Assembly (NCBI GenBank): GCA_050273025.1
Contig: CP158635.1
Location: 30,256,001-30,320,000, forward strand
DNA: 64,000 bases
Source of the DNA: Cenococcum geophilum
Lineage: Eukaryota
Reading direction: 5' to 3'
The notes under the pieces are model-generated. The model saw nothing but the letters and a program-made list of their open reading frames with translations, was not told the origin of the DNA and searched no databases. The translations under genes and the position numbers were made by a program. Every line of letters starts with the position of its first letter. Positions within the stretch are counted from its first letter, which is position 1. Below, piece after piece: positions 24,229-38,400 of this stretch.

Positions 24229-27200
24229 TTTGGGGGTCGATTTTCGAGTTAGGAGAGGTGTTGCTACCCGGGCTTATAACCTGTTGGAATTATAAGGTTA
24301 TAAGGTTACAGCGGAGCTGTCTTAAGGGGTTAATTAATGATAGAGATAACGCAGATGATGAATATTAATTGATTCGTGATGTAGTAGATACGGTTGATGT
24401 CTATCTAGATTGTATGCGGACTTTGACCTCGCAGTGTCTAGAGCTTAGTCAGCATTCCTTACGCTACTTCTAACATCACTGCCTCTGCTAAAGGCTCCTG
24501 CTCTACTACCTAGGGAGGCCTATTATTAAGGGAAACTGGGATATAAAAACTACCCGATATATAACTACCTGGCTTGTAGCTAGGCCCGAAACTGGCCTTA
24601 TCTAGCTAGTTGACGTAGACGCGCCCTAGGCGTACAACAGGACACCCTTAGGCTTGCACTAGCTCTGAGATTATAAAGGGAACGCGGTAAGGGCGTAGGG
24701 AACCTCTACTTATAAGAACTTAAGGCTAACGCGTTATAGATACCTTGTATAAAACTTGTTAAAGCCCTAAGCCTACCGCAAAGAACTTATTAAGGCCTAG
24801 CCTAGAGAACTTATTAAGGCCCCTCTACGAGGGCCTATCTAGTATTTAATACACCTAGGTAACTTAGAAGAGGGTCTTAATAGGCGTAGTATACGCAACC
24901 TAGATAATAGCGACGCGCTAGTAATGCGACGGCGATATAATGGTAACTAGATGGCTTAACAAGGTAGAAATATAGGTAAAGCTCTAGGCAGCGGAAACAT
25001 AGGCTAACTTTAATAGCCCTATAGCGTTTAACCTATAGTCGACTTATAGGTGACTTATAGGAGGGTCTTAATAGGCGTAGTGTATGTAACCTAATATATA
25101 TATATATAGGGAAGGCTATAGGAAAATATAGGCTAGTTAGATAAGGACTTAATAGTTAGAGATATAGGCTAGCTTATAAGAAGGGGGGATATAAGCTTAG
25201 TTAGTAGGAGAGGGGAGAGTAGGTTGCCGGGCACGGGACCTAGCGTCTTTATAGCCCCCCCCTATAAGATATGGTTGGCCTATTATAAGGAGACTTTTAT
25301 AGGTAACGTAAAATAACTACCTAGAGTAATTATAGGGCGTAGTGCGTAGTAACTACTACTAGCTCTAGGGACCTTACCCCTTAGCTAGGCTCTAACCCCT
25401 AGTGCACTTAGTAGGTAAGTAGGATTACGTCCTAGCTAAAGAGACTATTATATAGCTTAAGAGAACGGATATGTATGTTAGTATACTAATAGACGGGACT
25501 ACTCGCTAGGGCGGTACGCTAGTAAGAAACGCTTAAGGAGTAAACAGGAGTTGCTTAGGCAGGAAAGGCTTTAACTAGGCCTTAACTATAAAAGGTATAC
25601 CTAGCTATATTATAGGATATATCTATAACGCCTTTATAGAATTATGCTAGTAGGCGCATAAGATAGGAGTTGCGACCCCTATAAATAGTAGCTTATGCCC
25701 ATACCGGCAGAAATAATAAAGAGAGGCGTAAAACTAGAAGGTATAAAAGGCTTCTAAGCCGTATAAAAGTATACTAACTTTAGGAGAAAACTCTTATATA
25801 GACCGCTGGGGGGCAGACTAGTACTCGGGCTAATTCTATTATAAGATATCCGAAAGAACTAGTAAGATTCCCAGTATTATAGGTAGTGGCAGCCAACTAC
25901 TTATAGACTAGGACTAAAGCACTAAAAAACTAGAGTAGAGGTCTAGATAAGTAGGTATATAGAACTCTACTATTTTACTAGCTAATATATAACTACCTAC
26001 CCCTAGCCTCTTTAGAGGATTTATATAGACTTAGGGATAGAAGTATAAGTACGCCAGTAGATAATCTAGTGATAAATCTTACTAGCTATATTAAGCTAGT
26101 AGTAGAGAAAGCTATTTCCAGATCTAGAACCTATAAATTCTTTAAACTATAGTGGAATACAGAGCTCCTATAGAAAAGGAAAAAAAAATAGCAAAACTAG
26201 GAAGACTTTAAGAAAAGTAACCTACTAGAAGTTTAAGACTAGAAGCCTATAAGGAAGCTAAAAATCAATACTTCTATATAATAAGAGAAGCTAAAACTAA
26301 TTACTGGAATAGTTTCCGAGAAAAGGTATAGGGAAAGAAATCTTTACTGCCCTAAAATATATAAAGGAGAAAACACTATAAATAATTCCTAGTCTATAGT
26401 ATAGCAAGGATAGGACTACGAGACTAGTAGAAAGCTTTAATAAATAGTGTAAAGCTTTTATTACTACTCTATTTCCTAAACCCCCTTCTTTTACTAGCTC
26501 TATAGAGTGGAAGAACTATACTATAGATAGTAAATAGGAATGGCTAGAACTAGAGAAGACGGAAGTTAAATAAGTAATCTTTCTTAGCTCTAATAAAAAA
26601 GCTCTAGGGCTAGATAAGCAATGCTTTACAATTCTATAAAAGGCCTACCCTATTATAGAAGATCTATATAGAATCTATAGGATCCTATTTACCCTAGGTT
26701 ATTAACTAAAAGTCTAGAGAAAGGCTTAAGGAGTTATTCTCCCTAAAGTAAATAAAGAGGACTACTCTCTACCAAAGTCCTATAGGCCTATCTCCTTACT
26801 AAACTGCCTAGGAAAAACTCTAGAGAAGATCTTTACTACTAGATTAAGATATCTAGCTAGCACTACTAGCTTACTTTAGGACTTATAACTAGGAGGAAGA
26901 AGATAGCGGTCCGTAATAGACGCAGTCCTACTACTTCTAAATAATATCCAATCTAAAAATAGTAGGAAAAAGGCTAGATAAAGCATAGCTACTACGTTAT
27001 TCCTAGACGTAAAAGGGGCTTTTGACTATATCTCCGCAAACTAGCTTCTATCTATCTGTAAGGAACTAGGACTACCTGTAGCGTTTATATAATAAGTAGC
27101 TACTTTCCTTAGCAATAGAAAGCTATAGCTTTCCTTTAATGGGTAAATATAAGAAAAAGTAGAACTAGAAATAGGGATACCGTAGGGATTGCCTATATCC

Positions 27201-27625
27201 CCTATCTTATTTCTATTATATATACGTAATATCTATAGTATATAGACGAAAAGAGCCTATTCTCTTAGCTACAAAGATAATTTTGCAATTATAGTTACTT
27301 TAAATTTAGCTAAATCTAATTGCAAAAAGCTAGAGAGAATAGCGCTAGAGCTAATATCTAAAGCTAAAGTAGCTGCTATTAGTTTTGAGGTTAGTAAAAT
27401 AGAGCTTATACACTTCTATAGTAAGCGTACTACTATAAAAGAAGGGCTAAAGCTAGGAGATATAGAAATATCCCCTAAACCCCTAGTTAGGTGGCTAGGG
27501 GTATTTCTAAACTCTAAGCTTACTTTTAAACAATATATAGAAATAAAATCTTTAAAGCAAAAACAGCCTTCTATTTAATTAAAAGACTAGGTAATATATA
27601 AAGAGATCTATCTCTATAAGCTCTA

Positions 27626-30600
27626 TGTAACGGAACCTAGTAGCAGGAACTATAATAGGCTTATTAATAGGCTAGGTATATAGGTAATGTAATATAAAGT
27701 TAACAACGTAATAACAACTAGTGGAGTAGTTGCCTAATAGATTAACTCCAATTGTATTCTAAGAATTACTATAAGGAAAGAACTATCTAGAGTAGGAACT
27801 GTGGTCCTTTAAATATATAACTATATTCCTAGGAAACCCTCCTTATACGTAAGGTACGTGTGCTTTATTTACTCTATTGCGGATTACGTAGATTATACAG
27901 ATTACACAAATTATATTACGTGACTTAGTTACCACTCCTCATTATATAGTTCTATCGGCTCTATACTAGACCGTACTTATATTAACTAACTAGCTTCTTC
28001 CAATTCTTCTCCTAGTAGTTATAATATTATACTTAAAGCGTCTATAACACCATCTCCCTTCTCTTTATCTTTGTCCTTAAAGATTCTAAATATCTCTAAG
28101 TTGTTTACTAGAGGTATAATGTCCGTCTAATTAATTTGGTTAATATCGTTACTTATTATACCTAAAGTAACTTCTCTTTCTTCTATAGCTCGTCGCGCTT
28201 ATACTATCGCCGTTATACTAACGCTAGGTAAAATAATACTATCTCTATATTCTTGTTATGCGAAAAAGGGGTTAGTTTATATTGCGCTAGTAAGTCCTTT
28301 ATCTTAATAACCTTCCTCTTACTTAGAGTACACTAAAGTAAATATTTATTTGTCCTATAACGTTCGCTTTATTTCTAACGCTAAGTATACGCGTCCTATA
28401 ACTCTTAGTAGTCTTTAAGTCCCTTAGTTAATCTATCTTAGGGTTTCGTATTTAATCTATTACTACAAAGCTTAATAGTAAGCTCTTAAGTGCTCTTAAT
28501 AAATTACGCTAATTGTAAGAGGCGGAATAAGAGGCTACGGCTACTTAACAGCGTGCCCTTAAAACTTGTCTTCTGGCCTCTATTTATCTTCTATATCTTA
28601 AATGGGTTCGTAAAAAGGTGCGTTTTAAGGAGTAGAAATTTATAAAATAAGGTCTATAGGAACTTAGTAATAAAAGGACGGGCTCCCCCGTAAAGAAAAT
28701 AAGTCTAAATAGCTCGGTAGCTGTTCCTTGTGGGTCCCCCTTAAGTAACTTATTCTTTAACGATCCTTTTTTATTAATATTGCCTGACCTGATCTCTTCT
28801 AATACTCCTATACCTTTCCTATAGCGTTCTTTAGGTTCTTTAATAGCTTCTAGGTAGTCTTATTATAGCCTATCCACTTTACTTCGTACTATATTTTATT
28901 ATTAACGTTCTTATAACTAATAATCTTCGAAACTTGCTATTTGTCTTCCTTCTATCCTCTATATATGTCTATTTCGTAAACTAATGGCTTAATATTCCTA
29001 TATACTGGCTCTAGTATTACAATATACTATATAGGGTAGATTTTTATTCTAGCTAGTAGGTTTAACTTAAATGTAACCGGTGAAATCCTTTATATAATTT
29101 TAAAAGGTCCTAATCTAACGTAGTTTAACTTCTTACTTAGTTGTTAACTCTTAAAATTTTTGTGTAGTAGCTATACTTTATCTCCCTCCTTAAGATCTGG
29201 TCCCTTAGATCTCTTAGCGTCGTAGTACCTTTTTATTCTCTACTATACTACTTTTACTGTTTCCATAAGGTCCTTATAAAGATTTATTAATATCTCTATT
29301 TTCTACTTAGCTATATTACTTATCTTCTTTACTTAATATAGCGATAATAATGTTCTTGGCTTATACCCGTAATTCGCCTTAAATAGTAATATACCTATTC
29401 TTTTTTATAGTATTGCATTATATATAAACTATATAACTAGTAATAATAATACCTAATTATTCTGTGCGTAATTAATATAGTGTTTTAGATACTGCTTTAG
29501 TGTCTAATTTAATCTTTCTATTTAACCGTCTATCTACGGATAATATACGGTAGAAGTTGCTGCTCTTACTCCTTATTTCGCTAAAAATACCTCCTAAAAT
29601 ACTGCTACGAATCTTAGATTTCTATTTAATATAATTTTATTTAGTGCTCCATATCTTATAAACACTTCCTTAGTATAAATTCTAGCGATATCCTCTACTA
29701 ATATTTCTTCTGTGTATACTATAAAGTATTCCCACTTTATAAGCTTATCTACTATTACTAAGATCGCGTTATAATCTTATCTAGTAATAGAATCTCTTAA
29801 TTTTAGCAACTTTATAAAAAGTCCTATAATATAACCTTCTATAGTCTCTCTAGTATCTTAATAGGTTATAGCCCTTTATATAGCTTATACCTTATTAGTT
29901 TATTTCTTTAATAATCTAGATATTCTCTTATAATCTTTTATACTAGGTTTTAAATTCTATTAATAATATACTCCTCCTAGAGTCTTAATACTAAGTCCAT
30001 AGCTCCGTTGTGTCCTTAAGTTAGTCCCTTATAGAAATCTTCTATAAAGTGTTCTGCTATGCTTTTTAGGATATACTTTACTTCTCGGTTTTTATATATT
30101 TCTATCTATGGATCTTTTAGTTATACTTTTAGAATCCTTTATGCCTAAAAGCTCTTTAGTAACTTATAAACTCTATCTAGTTCTTTTTAAGTTGCTGTAA
30201 TTTTTGGATAATTATACCTAATTAATCCATCTATGTCTTTTCGTAGTAAAGCCCCTAATGGCTTTTTATTATTCTATAGTTTAGCCTTTTAACTTAGAGT
30301 ATCTGCTTATATGTTATCTAACCCTTTAGTATACTAAATCTTAAAATAGTATTCTGTAAGCATCTCTGCCCATTTAACCTATCTTTAGTTAAGTTCCTTT
30401 ATCGTTAGGAATCCCATTAAGTTCTTATAATCTATCTTAATTATAAATGGTTTTTCTATACCTTATAAGAACGCTTTCTATTTCTTTAATGCTGTAACTA
30501 TACCTAATAACTCCTTATTATAGATGTTATAGTTTAACTCTAGTAGTATTATCTTTTTACTATAGTATGCCACTAGGTGCTATCTATTTAGATATTTCTA

Positions 30601-33600
30601 TATAAAGTATACCCTTAGTATAAAGTCTAATATATCCGTTTTTATAACCGTCTTTAGACCTAGTTAATAGATTTTAAGAACTGGCTCCTAGGTAAATAAC
30701 CTCTTAACTTCCTTAAATAGTTCTTATTATTCCTTTCCCTATATCTATAGTTCTTCTTTTTTTTTAATCGCGTAAATGGTTTAATGTCCTTTAACTATTA
30801 GGCTATAAACCTTCTGCAGTAATTGCAAAACTCTAGAAATAATCTTAATTACGTTACATTCTCTAGTTCCTACTAATTTACTATAGCCTTAATCTTTTTT
30901 AGATCTATGCTAAGTTGGCCTAGTTTAATAATAAATTTTATAGAATTAGTCTTCCTAGTAAAGAATTTGCATTTCTTAATTACTACTAGCATTTATTCCT
31001 CTTATAGTCTCCTTAAAACCCATTTAACGTATTCTCTATATTCTTCCTTAGTTATTAAGTAGATAATAATATCATTAAGATATACTATAACAAATTTATC
31101 CAAGTGTTCTCCTAATACGTTATTAATACACTTTTAGAACGTCGCTAGTGCGTTTATAAGCCCGAATTATATAACTAATGGTTTATATAGTCCTTCCTTT
31201 AACCTAAAGGCTGCCTTGTATTCGTTACCTTCCTTAATTCTAATCTAATAGTACGCCTATTTTAGATTTATTTTTGTAAAGATTTACGCGTTACCTATCC
31301 TATCTTAAATCTCGCTAATTAAGGGTAAAGGATACCTATCCTTTCTGGTAATGCTGTTTAACTATCTATAGTTAATATACAGCCTTAGCTTACCATTTTT
31401 CTTTAGTATAAATAGTACTGGATAACCTGCTAATAATTGCGATAGTCTAATGTATCCCTTTTATAAGTTTTTCCTAGACAAACTCTTTTAACGCTTTACC
31501 CTCTTCTTTAGTAAGCTTATAGATTAAAAAGAACCTTAAACTTATTCCTAGTTCTAATTCTATCTTATAGTTCTATGCTATATACTCTAATAGCATTTTA
31601 CTTTCCGGTAACTATAGTTTCTTACTATACTTATAGTATCTTTTTAGTATATGGCTTAGCCCTTTCTCTATTTCTTTATAGGTTGCTCCTACTTAGTACT
31701 ATACTATCTTAGCTTATTATTACATCTTATATTATTAAGTATCCCTAATATTAACTTAACCTATAACCCAATCAATTCTTAGATTATATTCCTATAACTA
31801 AGGCATTCCTAATACTACCTTATTATTCCCTAATAGTAATATATTAAAAGACATCTTAATTTATCTTCCCTTAATAGTTAACTAGATTGGTCCTATTTTA
31901 AGATTAATAATACCTCCTCTATAGGCTATTAGATCTCCTAAAATTATTACTAATAGGTAAGGATATTCCTTTTTCCTATATAGTAACCCTATTCTTCTAA
32001 CTGTTACTAGTAAGATATAGTTCCTTATTACTCTACTATCTATTAATGCTTCAAACTATTAATCTTGCCACTTAACTTATAAATTTAGGTGTTGTTCTTA
32101 AATTTCTTTAAGGGTTTAAGGCTTTACTACTAGTTCCCTCTAGTCCTATAGGCCTCTACTTTTTTTAACTACTAGCTGCTTAATCCTATTTATACTTAGT
32201 CTACTTTTAGCTAATACTTAGTTCGCTTTTTATCTTTAATATACTATAGACACGTGTTCTTTAGGCATTTCTACTACTATTATTTATCTAGGTATTCTTC
32301 CGTAAGGAATCTTCCTAGCTAAAGTATTAAGTTCCCTTATTCTTAAACTTCTACTAGGTGCTAACTATATATATACTTAGCATTTTAATATTTTACCTTA
32401 TCCGTTAACTAATGTATCCTTAATAGATATTTCCGGTTCTTATCTTTGGTGCTCTATGTATGTTATACATATTATCTATATATGCGATCTATACTAACGT
32501 ATAATGTGCTTAGTATCTTAGGTCAACTCTTAGCTTGTCTTTAACCTTAAGTTTAAACCTCTCTCGTGTTAATTTAAGCGTTATAACTTTATTTATAGGT
32601 ACTAAGATTTGCCTTTTGCTTCTCTAGTCCTCTAATTACTCCTCTAGATCTTTTAACGTTATAATTAAGGCCCCTTTAATATAACTTATAGCCTTTTCTA
32701 TAATTAGGTAGTCTTAGATAACTTTTTTATCTAACTATATATAGAAATCTTCCTACTTATTATTATATCGTTATCTATACCACCTCTAGTATAACCCTTT
32801 AAGTATATACGGCTTATCCATAAGAAAGTATCTCCTTATTACTGCGTTGTAATAGCCTTTTATATGTCGTTCCTTAAATCTGGTTAGAATCCCTAGGTCC
32901 TCTTCTTATTCTAGTTTAGTAAGCTATTTAGCTTTTAGTATACCTATTTTAGGTCTATTAATGATTCTTTATATAGGTGCTCTGTCCCTTATATGGCCTA
33001 GTATACTAGATCTCTTATCTAGTTTCTATTCTTGCTATAAGGTAATTCTTACTCTAAATTCCTCCATAGTTTCTTTCTTATCGCGTCTTACGAGTGGATC
33101 CTTAAAGTCTTTTTACTTCTTAATCTCGTTAATAGTCCTTATTCGTGTATTAAAATCTTAGTTCTATAGGATTTTTAATCCTAAGCTTACTTCTGTCTTA
33201 AGCTTAGCTCCTACTTTAGTCTTACTAGGCTTAGGTATTCTTATCTCATCTTAAGAGTCTTAAATCTTACTTATCTCGTCTTAAGAATCTTATATTTATG
33301 GGAAACTCTATTCTAAGCTTATTTATATATCCCTAAACTAAGCTACTGCCCTACTCTATTAGTTTTCGTCCATTATGGGTCCTTAAGTATTCCTTATCTC
33401 GTTTTAAGAATCTTAGTCGTCTTTTATCTTATCTTAAAAATCTTAAGCCTTTAGCCTTTTGCCTTTATCGAGTAATAAATTAGCACTAGCAGTTATCTGC
33501 TTGCTTAATCTCTATAAAATACTCTTCCTTTTATCTTATAAAGTAATAGATGCTATATCTAACGGTATTATAACTCCCGTTACTAAACCTTACTTTATAG

Positions 33601-35470
33601 CGGTTTTAGTTTCTACTTTTAATATAACTTCTTTAAGGTTCGCATACTCCTAGTAAGTTACCTTTATTATCTTATTGTCTGTAAATATTTTACCTTTATT
33701 AAATTCGTTGTCTTTAATGTCCAATCTGCGTAATAGTTTGTTAGTTCCCCTACATTTTAAGGATTTTAGCTCCTATAGCTAATAGCTTACGCCGTACTTA
33801 GCGTCTTTATAAATTTGGTATGCGTTATTATAGTAAAACGCGAAACTTCTAATTAAATATTCTTTTGTTCTTTGTAGTATACTATTATCTTTCTATATAT
33901 ATATATCTTCTGCTAATCTAGTTCCCTTTATTATATAATAACTCTAACTATCTTTATAATCCCTCGCGAAGTAACCTTATTTCCCGCAATTTATATAAGC
34001 TCTATTTTTAAACTACTAACTTTACTATAGAGTCCGCCTAAACGTTTTCTGCTATAGAGATCCCTAGTTTAGCCTTTACTCCTTAGTTCTGTAATTACTA
34101 GATCCTTAACCTTTAGGTTTTTATAGCTTCTTACTCTATCTCTTATAGGCTTCTTTAGTACCGCTTAGGTCTATTAGCTCTGCGCTATACTATAGTTTCT
34201 AACTTAGCTTTAGTCGCTACGTATTCTACGTCCTATATAACTATAGAACTCTATCCTAACCCTTCTTAGTCTGTTCCCTTTAGTAGATTTAATTATTAAT
34301 CTTAATCGCTTAATCTATTAACTCCCTTAGGGTGTCCGCATCTTCTATTAGGATAACCGCGTCCTAGACTTTAGCCTTAAGTCCCTATTTATACTGTGCC
34401 ATAAGCGCCTTATTATTCCACTTAACTTATATAGCTAGCGTCTAAAAATGCGTTATATACTTAATTGCTAAGGTTTATTACGTAATGTCTTAGAGTTTTC
34501 TTTCCGCCGTAGTTACTGCCTTTAGGTCTCTGAATATTTATATAAGTCGCTTTATAAACCCCTCCTAACTTAAGAATATAAACCGTACCTCTTAGTTAGT
34601 AGTTATTATTCTATTTACCTATATTTCTATAAGGTAAGGCTTAAACTATTTAAGTGCTCTTCCTAATAGAAATAGTCCTGCATATACTATTCAATCCATA
34701 GATATTGCTAGCTTTACTCCCTCTTATATAACCTTAATATGCATTTACATAAAGAATCCTTTAAGCTTTAATCTCTCTCTTAAGAATCTTTTAATTAATA
34801 GTAACTTAACCTTTGCTACCCCTATCCCGTTAATCCTTTATTTAAGTGTCGCATTATTTTCTATTAATTAGTTAACTATTTTTTATAATTATCTAACCGT
34901 TATAGGTTGTTGTGAGTTAGTATCTGCTATACTAGTATCGCCTCCTAACCTTAAAGTAGTTGCCGCCGTTAATAGCGTTGTAGTGGCTGCTTTTGGTGGC
35001 ATGTTGTTTGACTTTCTATATTAATACTATAACTAGGTAGTAATTGTATAACGGAACCTAGTAGTAGGAACTACAATAGGCTCGTTAATAGGCTAGGTGT
35101 ATAGGTAATGTAATATAAAGTTAATAACGTAATAATAACTAGTGGAGTAGTTGCCTAATAGATTAACTCTAATTGTATTCTAAGAATTACTATAAGGAAA
35201 GAACTATCTAGAGTAGGGACTGTGGTCCTTTAAATACATAACCATACTTCTAAGAAACCCTCCTTGTACGTAAGGTACGTATACTCTATCTACTCTATTG
35301 CGGATTACGCAGATTATACAGATTATATAGATCATATTACGTGACTTAGTTACCACTCCTCGTTATATGGTTCTATCGGCTCTATACTGGACCGTGCTTA
35401 TATTAACTAACTAGCTTCTTCTAACTCTTCTCCTAGTAGTCGTAATATCGTACTTAAAGCGTTCGTAACA
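27626..35470 (-). mobile_element. Ty3/Gypsy family A copy A2
   Basis: LTRs 27626-28049 and 35047-35470, perfect TSD ctcta at 27621-27625 and 35471-35475, colinear with A1. Confidence 0.97.
28158..28824 (+). pseudogene. Antisense Cys6 accessory gene of A2
   Basis: Homologous to 813-1488. Confidence 0.68.
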
Positions 35471-38400
35471 CTCTACGACAGCTCTATATAGCAGACTATA
35501 GAATATAATGCTAGTGGAAAAGCAAATCTAGAGACTACCTATTAGCTAGGTACCAATCTCTACAAAATAAGGCCCTAAAACTAGTTTTAGAAGCGTTTAA
35601 AGGATCTCCTATCCAAGCTATGAAAATTAAGGCCTCTATTCCTCCTCCTAGAATTAGATTTAAAAAGCTTTGCAATAGCTATGTATTAAGAATCCTAAAA
35701 TTTAAAGAAAACTAGGTAATTAAGAAGGCCTATATAAAAGAGATTAATAAGGATAGGGAGGAACTAGCAACTAGTTCTAGTTCTAGTTTTAGCCCTAGAA
35801 ACTCTACTATAAGGTACCTTCTATAGCTAAAAACTTAACTACTATCTCTAGCTTCTAGAGTCCAGAAACTAATTCAAAATTGGAAAATAGAGAGAATCTC
35901 TCTAGATTGGCAAAAACCGTAGTCTCCCCCTATTTCCGCATTCTTTCTATCTTTAGGGGTAGTAAAAAAGAAGCTGTATAAGAACATTTAAGACTAGTAG
36001 AAAATCTATAAAAATCCCTAGAATGGGACCTAGTAGATATATACTATATAGATGGCTCTAAAGATAGTAAATTAAGTATAGCGGCTGTATGTAAAATAGG
36101 GGAGAGAAATAGGATTAAATACGCAATGAACTGGAATATAGGGCCTTATATGGAAATTATAGACGTATAACTTTATGCAGTCTATAGGGCCCTAGAATAT
36201 TTAAAATAATAAAGACTAAAAGAGAAACAAGTTTATATCTTTATAGATATCTAAGCAGCTATTAAAAGATTATAGCTTAACTCTCTTACAGGGGGACAAG
36301 AACTAGTCTTTAAAATTACGCAAAGCTGCTCTTATCTAGCTAGTAAGAATATCTTTATTAACTTCTACTGAGTTTCTAGCCACCTAGGAATTTATAGAAA
36401 TAAAATAGTAGATAAGCTAACTAAAAAGGGCCTTTCTAGAAGAAAAATATAATCTTTTTATATATCCCTAGCCTATATAGGGAGAGCAGCAAGAGAAAAG
36501 ATACTAGAATAGTGGAAAAATAATTGGCAACAGAATAAAAATAAAGGAAAATACTATACTAGGATCTCTAGAGGAAACTACTCTTTATCTCTTAAAGCCC
36601 CTAAGGATAAATATTCTAAAAGGCTACAATCAGCTTTCTTTTAACTAAAACTAGGAAAAGGCTTCTTTAAATCCTTCTCTAAAACAATAGGGAAGGATAA
36701 AGAAGGTAGATGCTTTAAAGACTATAGAGCTATATAGACTTCTAAGCACCTATTACTAGAATGCAGATTATACTAAGAAGAGAGAAAAGAAATGCAAAGA
36801 TAACTAAGCTCTTCTCTCTCCCTAAAGAAGCTTTTTTGTATAGAGAAAGAAAGAAGAGCGCTTTTTTTGTTCTTAAGTAGGACATAAATAGCTATTAGAA
36901 AGTGGCTAATGGAAGTACAACCTTTAGAAGGAGGTAACTCCTACTAAACTCCTAGTAAATAGATAGTAGTAAGCAAAAGGATAGAAATAAACTATAAAAA
37001 GTACAGGGGCAGGCGTTAGGATTCTTTTACTATTTCTTTTACTATTTTTCTACTGTTTTAATACTACCTAATAGTTATCGTAACCTAGCATTTTACTAGG
37101 GAGCGGTAAACCTCTAGTATAGAGGTTTATAAACTACTAGGACATAGCTACTAGTATATATTAAGCTGCCTAGAAAGGATTTATGTATATAGAACTATAG
37201 CGCTATAGCCTAGAGGCTGCATGCGCAGTACTATACGTAGTATAATATAATAGATATAAAAATAAAATAAAAACCTACTAAGAAGGTATAATATCCGCAT
37301 AGCTTTATACTCGTACTATTACGGAGTAAGTATAAGCGGCGATAATATATAGCAAGGTAGATATTATTAAGCTATATATATAAACTATATAAGGAGTTAA
37401 GACGTTACATAAGGAAAGAAGGTAGGAAAATAGGAAGAAAGGGTATATATTGTTAACTTGGTTGCTTAGTTAATACGTATATAGGGCAGAATAGGGTTTA
37501 GGTCGTAGTCCTAGCAGAACTTAGTAGAATTTGGTGAAACTTGGCAGAATATAGCAGAATACCGTAAATTGCCGTTAGATTGCTATTAGATTACCATTTT
37601 ATAGTTAGTTTCTAATTACTAAGTTAGTAGAAATATGTAGATGTGTATAAGGTATTACGGGGGTATTCCGTAATAGTACGCCTCCTTTAAACTTAAGCTT
37701 CTGCGAGATGGGGCTGTGGTAGTTCTAGGTGGAGTTTATAAAAGTTTTCTGTGGCTTATATAAGTCCTATAGAGTTAACGGGTTCCCATAAGGACTTAAT
37801 AAAGCCTCTCTATTTTATAAGATATATATATTAGCGTTTCCGTTTATTATACTTAATATTATTAATTCTTTTAATAAAGTACTTATTCTCGCCATCTACT
37901 TTAACTGGTAGAAGAGGGTTATGTATTTATCTGGGCAGGGCGTCTAATATAGGAGTAGTAGGGTAGAGAACTAACGTATAGAATACGGGGTGGATTTTAA
38001 CTGTATTAGGGAGCTTTAGTTAATAGGCGTAGGAGGAAATAACCTTCTTAACCTTATAAGGGCCAGCGTTCTTCCAATTAAGCTTTTTAATAGGTTGTTT
38101 TGTGTTTAAATTCCTTATATTTAGCTAAATAAAGTTACTAATTTAATAGGCTAGTGCTAGGGTTCGTTTCTTATTCGCTGTGGCTTTATAAATAGATTGG
38201 GCCTATATTATTTTATTAGTAAGGAACTATTATAGTTCTTCCATCTTCTCTATAAATTTATTTACTTTTATAACTTATAAGGCATAATAAGTGGGGTAAG
38301 GAATATTACTAAAGGGTTTAAAACCTATTTATAAATACTAGCTATAGTTAGCTAGGAACGGGGAGACCTTTATAGTTTCTAAAACGGAGTTATTTATAAT

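Larger units (their letters stand above)
8840..24475 (-). mobile_element. Ty1/Copia LTR retrotransposon, internally deleted
   Basis: 5' LTR 24282-24475; 3' LTR split into 8840-8991 and 21094-21137; TSD tcact at 8835-8839 and 24476-24480; ggttataagccc PBS-like motif next to the 5' LTR; polypurine tract complement at 21138. Confidence 0.95.
26000..36950 (+). pseudogene. LINE ORF2 (RT, RNase H, C-terminal CCHC), split by Gypsy A2
   Basis: WWNTEL-type linker (about 26150), YRPISLLNCLGKTLEK (about 26785), LDVKGAFD (about 27005), GIPQGxPISP (about 27175), YxDGS (about 36050), HLLLEC (about 36750). Confidence 0.92.
8641..37272 (+). mobile_element. Tad1-like non-LTR retrotransposon (LINE) with unexplained 5' part; segments 8641-8839, 24481-27625, 35476-37272
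   Basis: TSD acctactaag at 8631-8640 and 37273-37282, A-rich tail at about 37255-37272, RT and RNase H motifs. Confidence 0.88.
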
